Below are positions 1-6,433 of a stretch of DNA of 64,000 bases, piece after piece. The notes beneath the pieces were generated by a model that saw only the letters and a program-made list of their open reading frames with translations, did not search any database and was not told the origin of the DNA. A program made the translations under genes and the position numbers. Position 1 is the stretch's first letter. The number at the start of each line of letters is the position of its first letter. This DNA comes from a virus. Lineage: Duplodnaviria > Caudoviricetes. The stretch spans positions 1,013-65,012 of the IMG/VR virus record IMGVR_UViG_3300047281_000029; one strand, written 5' to 3'.

Positions 1-336
1 ATAATATTTTATGAATTTGATTACTGCGTTGTATGTTGCTTCTATTTTTGTTCTCTCGAATGTTTCTACAATTGGTAGTGGATATCGGTTGTCTACAATA
101 TTAACGGATGTCATTAGAATTTCAAAAACATATTGAGAAAGTCCTTCTTCATCCTCTATCTCTTCTATCTTATCCACTGCCTTTATTAACCAGTTCCAGT
201 CATAATTAAATGATAGTATGGTTAATGGTGACTCGTCTTTTTTATACCAATAGGTAGAGTTTGGATAGTCGGGATGAGGTTGTACATAACCTAAAAATTC
301 TGCTATCAGTTTGTTGTTATCTGCTATTGTGCACAT
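1..336 (-). CDS. Hypothetical Bacteroidota-phage protein, runs off the window edge (not in ORF track)
   Basis: Manual translation MCTIADNNKLIAEFLG...YDWNWLIKAVDKIEE...ATYNAVIKFIKYY; open to position 1. Confidence 0.7.
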   Translation of the reverse strand, partial: MCTIADNNKLIAEFLGYVQPHPDYPNSTYWYKKDESPLTILSFNYDWNWLIKAVDKIEEIEDEEGLSQYVFEILMTSVNIVDNRYPLPIVETFERTKIEATYNAVIKFIKYY

Positions 337-596
337 AGTTCCCAAGTGTTAAGTTGTTTTACGTTTTGTTTTGTTAGTCCTAGTTCCTTTACAATAAACT
401 TGGCTAGCTTCTTGTTGCCTATTGTACCTTCGTCTATCACGTTTGTTCCAATGTAACTTGCCACGTATGATGGCGGTGTGTTTAGTACTCTATTGCAAAA
501 CTTTACGTCTTGACCTAGGAAGAATTGTTTTCTGTTGTACTCTAGTGTCCAGTTACGACCGAACCCGTACTCTCCTTGTGTGATAATTACTCTCAT
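324..596 (-). CDS. Hypothetical early protein (likely start 596, MRVIITQ)
   Basis: AT-rich TTAATTAATAAC leader before ATG at 596; the longer start at 710 lies inside a tRNA-like element. Confidence 0.7.
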   Translation of the reverse strand: MRVIITQGEYGFGRNWTLEYNRKQFFLGQDVKFCNRVLNTPPSYVASYIGTNVIDEGTIGNKKLAKFIVKELGLTKQNVKQLNTWELCAQ

Positions 597-619
597 GTTA
601 TTAATTAATTTAAAGTTAG

Positions 620-760
620 TGAAGAGGGCAGGACTCGAACCTGCACTATGATTTTTATCGAATCTTAAAAACATATTTACAATGACTGGATTTTTTATAC
701 TTAACTCCATAAGTTAAATCATATTAAGTATTTAGCGTCTTCCTTTTCCGCCACCTCTTC
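620..760 (-). ncRNA. tRNA-like element (Leu-type D arm) with a ~90-nt insert in place of the anticodon/variable arms
   Basis: GAAGAGG/CCTCTTC 7-bp acceptor stem plus discriminator A; TG GCG GAAAAGGAAGA CGC D arm; GCAGG TTCGAGT CCTGC T arm. Confidence 0.75.
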
Positions 761-772
761 GTGTGCTAGCAG

Positions 773-991
773 TTACTCTGCTAGTCTTTGTATTGTTAGG
801 TTGGTGCTTGTTTTAATTCTCTCTAGCGTGTCCTCGTGCTTGTCCTCGAACCACTTCGGTACATCTACAACTACTAGGTAGTCGTTAACTATCGTGTGCT
901 CGAATGACTTCGGGATAAAGAACGGCTGACCACCATCGTCGATAGTCAGCGCGTTGTTAGATAGTTGTCTGCGGTATAGTTGTAGTGTCAT
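773..991 (-). CDS. Hypothetical early protein
   Basis: ORF; start MTLQ overlaps the upstream stop. Confidence 0.65.
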   Translation of the reverse strand: MTLQLYRRQLSNNALTIDDGGQPFFIPKSFEHTIVNDYLVVVDVPKWFEDKHEDTLERIKTSTNLTIQRLAE

Positions 992-1236
992 TTTATTTCC
1001 TCCCATTTTATAATTTTATTTGAGTCTGCTGGTATGTGGTCTCCTCCAAATCCGTGAGGCATTAACCTCCCGTTAAAACTTTGATATTCAGGTGGTATAG
1101 CAAAATTATTAAACAACTTATTATAAAAACCTCTCTTAGTTACTATCTCTTCTCGACTTTTACTTTGGTAATCTCCAAATCGTATTGTCTTTTTATACGT
1201 TATCATAACGTCTTCGTATGGATTAGGTAGTGTCAT
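988..1236 (-). CDS. Hypothetical early protein
   Basis: ORF translationally coupled to both neighbours. Confidence 0.65.
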   Translation of the reverse strand: MTLPNPYEDVMITYKKTIRFGDYQSKSREEIVTKRGFYNKLFNNFAIPPEYQSFNGRLMPHGFGGDHIPADSNKIIKWEEIK

Positions 1237-1559
1237 TATCTTATAAAGTATTGGTTATCAAACTTGTATCGTTGTCCGTTGAAGTTCTGTGCGTACACTA
1301 GCAGGTCGAACTGGTCTGTGCTTACCGCGATGCAGTTCTGTGTTAGTATCGTTGCCAGCTCTTCAATCTTCTTGATGAAGTGACTTGTCCTTGCGTATGG
1401 ACTTTCTAACTCGACAATCAGAGTCGGTTCGTGCTCGTCCTCGTATCGTCCGATGCCGAACTTATACGTGTCGATGGTGTAGTCCTCTCTTAACTTGTTG
1501 ATGATTGCCTCTTGGCTCAATGGGTTGTTGTTTAGTCCGATGTTTAAAATTGCTTTCAT
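1236..1559 (-). CDS. Hypothetical early protein
   Basis: ORF with TTAATTAATTATC leader. Confidence 0.7.
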   Translation of the reverse strand: MKAILNIGLNNNPLSQEAIINKLREDYTIDTYKFGIGRYEDEHEPTLIVELESPYARTSHFIKKIEELATILTQNCIAVSTDQFDLLVYAQNFNGQRYKFDNQYFIR

Positions 1560-1564
1560 GATAA

Positions 1565-1876
1565 TTAATTAAAGTGTTTATAGGTTACGTTTTTGTTGTC
1601 TCCGAATAGGAACTTGTTTATCTTGTTGTAGATTTTTGAGATGATTTTCGCCATAATGATTTGCCTTTTCTTAATATGTAATTTGATTGGTGCTTGTTTA
1701 GTCCGTGATGGCTTGCCCAGTTCGTTGCGCTTAGCCAGTTGTTTACGTAGTCTAGGTATAGACGTTCTATTTCGTTGTTGCTATGATACTGCATATGCTA
1801 GTAGATTAAAGATTACTATTACTAATACAATTGTTACCTGTAGGTATAGTCTACCTTGTTTTTGTGATTTTGTCAT
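1565..1876 (-). CDS. Three overlapping small ORFs: 1781-1876 (31 aa, hydrophobic), 1618-1794 (58 aa), 1565-1654 (29 aa)
   Basis: Manual translation: MTKSQKQGRLYLQVTIVLVIVIFNLLAYAVS; MQYHSNNEIERLYLDYVNNW...; MAKIISKIYNKINKFLFG...; the first has the conserved early leader. Confidence 0.55.
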
Positions 1877-1894
1877 GATGTTATTAATTAAATT

Positions 1895-1944
1895 GGTTAA
1901 GACGCCTCTCGGCGTTTCGATCATTTAGATCTCATCAGTTAACC
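1895..1944 (-). ncRNA. Hammerhead ribozyme, type I (HHR1)
   Basis: GGTTAA-CTGATGA-GATC TAAAT GATC-GAA-ACGCC GAGA GGCGT-C^TTAACC; complete core, GUC cleavage triplet. Confidence 0.93.
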
Positions 1945-2292
1945 TTAGTAATAGAAGATCTGAGGCAGGTTCTTCGTTTGCTCTCTTAGTATCTGTCTGT
2001 TTGAGTTGTTGTTTGCTATAGTTCCAGCGTCAACAAAGAATATTGCGTTATCATTAAAGCATCCTGTACTTAGTCCGCCGTTAGATAAACAACTAGAGTA
2101 GCTTAGCTTCTGACAGAATCTTATTCCGTCTGCTATATATATTGCGTACACATCTTCCGTGTCATCAAAGAACGTGCACTCATCTTTAGAGTATAACTCT
2201 ATTGTGCGTTTCCATGCGCTTGGATTGTAGTCGTTACGCTTGTGGTTGATTGCTTCTTCCTTTGTGATTTGTTTTGCTTGAATTGTTCTCAT
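1945..2292 (-). CDS. Hypothetical early protein flanked by HHR2 and HHR1
   Basis: 115-aa ORF with conserved AT-rich leader. Confidence 0.75.
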   Translation of the reverse strand: MRTIQAKQITKEEAINHKRNDYNPSAWKRTIELYSKDECTFFDDTEDVYAIYIADGIRFCQKLSYSSCLSNGGLSTGCFNDNAIFFVDAGTIANNNSNRQILREQTKNLPQIFYY

Positions 2293-2310
2293 GATAATAA
2301 GTAATTAAAT

Positions 2311-2365
2311 GTTATAGACACACCCGATGGATGTGTTTCGACTATTGAAGTCTCGTCAGTATAAC
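2311..2365 (-). ncRNA. Hammerhead ribozyme, type I (HHR2)
   Basis: GTTATA-CTGACGA-GACT TCAAT AGTC-GAA-ACACATCC ATC GGGTGTGT-C^TATAAC. Confidence 0.93.
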
Positions 2366-2592
2366 TATTTTAGTTTTGTTTTGATGAACCAGTAGGCTCC
2401 CTGTATTCCTTCATCGTCAAGTTTAAATGATGCTGACTCAGAGACGCTATCTTCTGCCCATCCTGTGAAGTAGTATTTTATATCTATCTTGTTTACGTGT
2501 CCATGATAGTCTACAAACCATGTTTTGAATGTTGCTTGGTTTTGTTCTACTGCTACTGCTACTAATTCGAATAAATCTTTTAATGTTTTCAT
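2365..2592 (-). CDS. Hypothetical early protein flanked by HHR3 and HHR2
   Basis: 75-aa ORF with conserved AT-rich leader. Confidence 0.75.
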   Translation of the reverse strand: MKTLKDLFELVAVAVEQNQATFKTWFVDYHGHVNKIDIKYYFTGWAEDSVSESASFKLDDEGIQGAYWFIKTKLK

Positions 2593-2605
2593 GATAATAA
2601 TTAAT

Positions 2606-2660
2606 TAACGTTTCGTCGTTCTGCGACTCATCAGCATGGATAACACATCCATGTACGTTA
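2606..2660 (-). ncRNA. Hammerhead ribozyme, type III (HHR3)
   Basis: TAACGT-A^CATGGAT GTGTT ATCCATG-CTGATGA-GTCG CAGAA CGAC-GAA-ACGTTA; GUA triplet. Confidence 0.93.
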
Positions 2661-2989
2661 CACGTCTATCCCTATTTAGGTAGCTCGTGGTCCTCGGTTT
2701 CTACGCCAGAGTGGACTTACCCTATTTTATCCTGTTTTATCAGTCCGCCACTTTTTACATCTGTGGTCTCGATGGTTTGTTCGTTAGTGCAGGTGATTGA
2801 TAGTTGATGTCTTTAGGATTGTAAAGCCTGTCTCGTCTCTTCCCTTTACTTTCACTGCCTCTCATTGGGTCAGGTAGGGATGAAGTTTCTAGTTTGCTAT
2901 CCTGCTGATTATCAAGCAGTTAGAAGCTAACTTGCTGGAAATCAATCACTTACAATAAAATTAAGAACGTGTCGCTCATTTGAACACTG

Positions 2990-3021
2990 CAATAGTACGG
3001 CGGGTATTTCAATCCTGCAAA
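2990..3021 (-). promoter_or_regulatory. Bacteroidota sigma-A-type promoter for the early transcript
   Basis: TTTG-N20-TACTATTG, one mismatch to the TTTG-N19-21-TAnnTTTG consensus. Confidence 0.6.
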
Positions 3022-3401
3022 TAAAAATTAAAAAAAAATCACTTTTGTATGCATTTTTATGACATTCTCAGTGAATTGATTATTTTGATGAGAATAATGC
3101 AACAGATTTGTGTTGATATTGAGGATTATGCAAGGAAATTGAACGAAGTTTGATTAACGTGTTGATTATCAGTGTTTTACGGATTGTATTTGCTTACTAT
3201 TGGATTTGATAGTGGTGGGATGGGGCTGGGGTTATTTCAAGTCTCTATATATCTGAGCACATATTTTTACGAATCGATGCATAAATAATCCGATAAACCC
3301 AATAACAACAAGGTCTGACAAGGTATTTTCGTTCATTTTAATTCACTCTAGGATTGATTACGATAATCTCATGACGCGGGAAGTCCCGTCATTGCTGGGT
3401 T

Positions 3402-3666
3402 TATGTCGAGTTTTAGAAATTTATGTCGATTTTATGTCGAGTTTTTTGAGTTAACTAACTGATAATCAATAATCTATGTCGATATGTCGATTTTTACTAT
3501 CCTAAATAGATTTAAAAAAAAATAATATATATATAAAAACGTATAGAGCCTATATAGGGATAACATTGACATTTCGACATAAATCAAGACAAAGTCTTTA
3601 TTGGTGTGGCCTAGCGCCATGACGCAACGAAAAAATCTTGTCATTTGTCGACATAAAACGACATAG
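3402..3666. repeat. Iteron-like TATGTCGA repeats around an AT-rich core (candidate ori or packaging signal)
   Basis: TATGTCGA at 3402, 3422, 3433, 3475, 3483; inverted copies at 3574, 3648 and partial 3659. Confidence 0.65.
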
Positions 3667-3739
3667 AACGTCATGGATTAGGCGCTTAAATAGATTAAGT
3701 TGTCATTTCGTATCTTTGCATAAACTAAAAATGTATATT

Positions 3740-3937
3740 ATGAAAGTATGTAGCAAGTGTAAAATTGAATTGGATTATGATTGTTTTAATGTAGACAAGA
3801 CTAAACTGGATGGACTACGTCCAGATTGTAACAAATGTAGAAAGCAAGTGACACAGAAGTATATTAGTACAGATGAATTCAAGGAAAGGAAAAAGGAATT
3901 GAATAGACTATATAGACTCGCTCATTCTGTCAAGTAA
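3740..3937 (+). CDS. Small zinc-ribbon protein resembling the N-terminus of phage HNH/EndoVII nucleases, possibly truncated
   Basis: MKVCSKCK...F.VDKTKLDGLRPDCNKC; promoter TATCTTTG at 3711. Confidence 0.55.
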   Translation: MKVCSKCKIELDYDCFNVDKTKLDGLRPDCNKCRKQVTQKYISTDEFKERKKELNRLYRLAHSVK

Positions 3938-4235
3938 AAAAAGGGAACTATAGGTACGTATACGTGCGCGTATAGTAGTACGTGTATGCGTGTGATATAG
4001 TAGACACCTGCGTGTATGGGTAGGGCAGTCCAGAAAAAGCCAAAAATTCTCGGCAAGTCCAGTGAAATCGGTACCCCACCCTTGATTTTTAAGTCGTTTT
4101 CGTTTTGGCATCCCATCCGCAATATCTATATATAACCCACACACCACACATATCTAACATGTTCAATAAAAACCGGCGTTCATTGTCAATGAACACACGA
4201 CACCTATATCTGACATTTTTTATTATATTTGCAGC

Positions 4236-4439
4236 ATGAGCAGATCAACAAAAAAACCAATAATGAAGCACAGCCCAAAAGGACGCAGGGCCCTTTACTG
4301 GAGAACAACCCGTCGTATAATCAACGAATCCATACGCCAACAAAAGGAGACGCTTCCGCTTGAGAAGGAGATCGTAAACGACTACGACTACAGCGACTAC
4401 AGATTTTTTTCTGATAGGCCTTGCGACACTAGAAAATAA
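4236..4439 (+). CDS. Hypothetical basic protein
   Basis: ORF directly after a TATATTTG promoter. Confidence 0.7.
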   Translation: MSRSTKKPIMKHSPKGRRALYWRTTRRIINESIRQQKETLPLEKEIVNDYDYSDYRFFSDRPCDTRK

Positions 4440-4455
4440 TTTATATATTTGCCCT

Positions 4456-4677
4456 ATGAAAGACGAGTACATTAAACTACGAACCCAAGCCGACATGTCG
4501 ATCAGTTGGTTCCATAAGTACTTTATGGACAAGACTGGAAAGAGCATCCACTTCAATCACTTCCACATGATATTCATGAACGGGGACATTCACGAGGTGA
4601 TGAATTACCTTGACAAGCAGTTCGACCTGACCTTAGTCATCGGTAAGAACGGTAACGTAATTAAAGTAGTAGAGTAG
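4456..4677 (+). CDS. Hypothetical protein
   Basis: ORF directly after a TATATTTG promoter. Confidence 0.7.
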   Translation: MKDEYIKLRTQADMSISWFHKYFMDKTGKSIHFNHFHMIFMNGDIHEVMNYLDKQFDLTLVIGKNGNVIKVVE

Positions 4678-4681
4678 AGGT

Positions 4682-4876
4682 ATGAGTTTATTTAAAATTA
4701 AAGGTTTAAGATATATTAAGGGATTTAAAAATAAGATACTTTATATTTTAAAGATACAGCCATTCTGTACAAAAGGAATAGAGAATTATAATTATAAGTG
4801 CATTAGATTTGAATTAAAAAACGGGTCTTGTATTTACTGCGGCGCTACTAAAGATAAATATAGCTGGCATAAATAA
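4682..4876 (+). CDS. Hypothetical protein (CxxC)
   Basis: ORF following the upstream gene by 4 nt. Confidence 0.5.
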   Translation: MSLFKIKGLRYIKGFKNKILYILKIQPFCTKGIENYNYKCIRFELKNGSCIYCGATKDKYSWHK

Positions 4877-4942
4877 CGTAGTTGTCCGACGGTTATGAGA
4901 CCTGCCTAGCGGTGCAGGTATAAAGAGGCAACGAACCGCAAC

Positions 4943-5022
4943 AGTCAGGTGGGCGTAATGAGGGATGGTCCCGAATCCATGAGATACTGGTTGCTTATCC
5001 GGTTCGAGTCCGGCCCTGACAC
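4943..5022 (+). ncRNA. Degenerate tRNA-like element
   Basis: GTCAGG/CCTGAC acceptor-like stem and CCGG TTCGAGT CCGG T arm; no canonical D or anticodon arm. Confidence 0.55.
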
Positions 5023-5175
5023 GATAAGCGTTTCGCGGTTAAACGGAAAAACACGCCGTGCGGAGTGACCTTCAGAGGTGGTCGATAAAGAACTCGAAAC
5101 GTGATAGTACATGAAGCTCATGTTATAAGTAACTATCGAAGTGCGACTTAGGACGACGCTGTCTAAGTGGAATAA

Positions 5176-5244
5176 TACCGGTTGGTGTAATTGGTAACAC
5201 GATGGTTGATCCATCAGATAAGGGTTCGAATCCCTTACCGGTAT
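5176..5244 (+). tRNA. tRNA-like gene (Gln-type body) with an aberrant 5-nt anticodon loop
   Basis: TACCGGT/ACCGGTA; GTGT AATTGGTA ACAC; GATGG TTGAT CCATC; AAGGG TTCGAAT CCCTT. Confidence 0.7.
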
Positions 5245-5369
5245 CAACAGCCCTGCTCGCGAGGGGATCGTAAAACACAACACACTTCTCGTAAGATCAG
5301 TGCGCTCATGTTGTTCTCATCGTATAGGAGATAGAGTTAGATTTCTCGACGTCGTTCAAAAAATCAACC

Positions 5370-5443
5370 GGTCCCGTAGCTCAGTTGGTTAGAGCGTCTG
5401 ACTCATAATCAGGATGTCCATGGTTCGAGCCCATGTGGGACCA
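5370..5443 (+). tRNA. tRNA with CAT anticodon, probably Ile2 (lysidine) rather than Met
   Basis: Full cloverleaf GGTCCCG...CT CAT AA...TGGGACC A; C4-G69 and C5-G68 are TilS determinants; no encoded CCA. Confidence 0.9.
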
Positions 5444-5502
5444 CAAACAGTACCTTCGACGCTACCCGTAGAACAGCGTCCCAGCGAAGGTCGTTTACTT
5501 AA

Positions 5503-5548
5503 GGCATCGGTTTAGGCTCGGGATGTCCCGGGCGCCGATGTTTTTTTT
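5503..5548 (+). terminator. Probable intrinsic terminator ending the ncRNA island
   Basis: GCATCGG...CCGATGT stem followed by a T8 tract. Confidence 0.55.
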
Positions 5549-5681
5549 GTCACATATAAAGTTGGCAAATACCGGCGATAATTGCCGTTATTATATAGGT
5601 GGGTAGAACAGGTGGGTAGATATGTTCATTTAAAATCAGCGTTCATTGTCAATGAACAGTAACAAAAAATAAAATTATATT

Positions 5682-5927
5682 ATGAAAAACGAGTTTATAC
5701 AAGTAGAGATAGAAGTTTACAATAGAGAACTTGCTGATCTTGGAGTTGAATCAAAGGAATCAATATGGGCTGATGCAGTCATAAACGAATCAGAAGTAGC
5801 TGCCATAAGAGCTTCACTAGATAATAATGATCGTTGTGTTATATACTTGAAAAATGGAGATAACTTTATAATTAGAATGCATCTTTATGAGGCGGTATGG
5901 CTATTTACTGGAAAAAAATTCGAATAG
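5682..5927 (+). CDS. Hypothetical protein
   Basis: 81-aa ORF, AT-rich leader. Confidence 0.65.
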   Translation: MKNEFIQVEIEVYNRELADLGVESKESIWADAVINESEVAAIRASLDNNDRCVIYLKNGDNFIIRMHLYEAVWLFTGKKFE

Positions 5928-6001
5928 AATGTTCGATATTCTAGACATTTCTAGATATTTTGTGTATAATAACAATCAAATAATTTTATTACCTTTGTAG
6001 C

Positions 6002-6142
6002 ATGACAGAAATAGAAATTCAATCAAGATTCAATATTGGTCCAGCAATTGGATGGGGATATTATGGTAAGGACGAGGAGTTCGACTACGGAGAGTTAATA
6101 ATATATCTAACATTTATAAGTATACACATCAGATGGGAATAA
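6002..6142 (+). CDS. Small hypothetical protein (46 aa, not in ORF track)
   Basis: MTEIEIQSRFNIGPAIGWGYY...IHIRWE after a TACCTTTG promoter. Confidence 0.6.
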   Translation: MTEIEIQSRFNIGPAIGWGYYGKDEEFDYGELIIYLTFISIHIRWE

Positions 6143-6324
6143 AACTAGAAAACAACAATAAGCCGATGCCAACACAGGAGATCGGATTGTACAGAATGGC
6201 CAAAGCTAAAAAAAACATGCACGAGGCTAAAGAGATGATGGAAAAATCTATGACGATGGCTAACGCCATTAACCTAGCTAAGACTATGCCGACCATGTCA
6301 TTCATGAAAGGTAAAAAGAAATAA
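6133..6324 (+). CDS. Small Met/Lys-rich protein
   Basis: ORF overlapping the upstream stop. Confidence 0.6.
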   Translation: MGIKLENNNKPMPTQEIGLYRMAKAKKNMHEAKEMMEKSMTMANAINLAKTMPTMSFMKGKKK

Positions 6325-6361
6325 AAAGTCCATTTTTTGCCTAAACATTTTTGTTTAGAAC

Positions 6362-6389
6362 GAGCACCCTAACGGGTGCTTTTGTTTTT
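6362..6389 (+). terminator. Intrinsic terminator
   Basis: GAGCACCC TAAC GGGTGCTT followed by T-rich tract. Confidence 0.75.
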
Positions 6390-6433
6390 AATAAATAATA
6401 TGTATATTTGTCGAGAATTAAATCTAATACATA

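Noticed and set aside
597-710. N-terminal extension of ORF 324-710
   Set aside because: It overlaps the tRNA-like element; the ATG at 596 has the conserved early leader.
1641-1928. 95-aa plus-strand ORF and other short antisense ORFs inside long genes
   Set aside because: Shadow ORFs opposite better-supported coding frames.
1891-2660. Spaced GTTTCG...TCRTCAG repeats as a CRISPR array or attC-like sites
   Set aside because: Spacing is gene-length and only the hammerhead core nucleotides are conserved; no cas or integrase gene in the window.
3950-4020. Alternating purine-pyrimidine tract (Z-DNA or terminus signal)
   Set aside because: Short and imperfect; no function can be supported from sequence alone.
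4945-5283. 112-aa minus-strand ORF
   Set aside because: It is the antisense of tRNA-like and structured RNA elements.
5245-5500. HDV-like theta ribozymes at tRNA 3' ends
   Set aside because: I could not build the nested double pseudoknot after either tRNA; only simple hairpins are evident.
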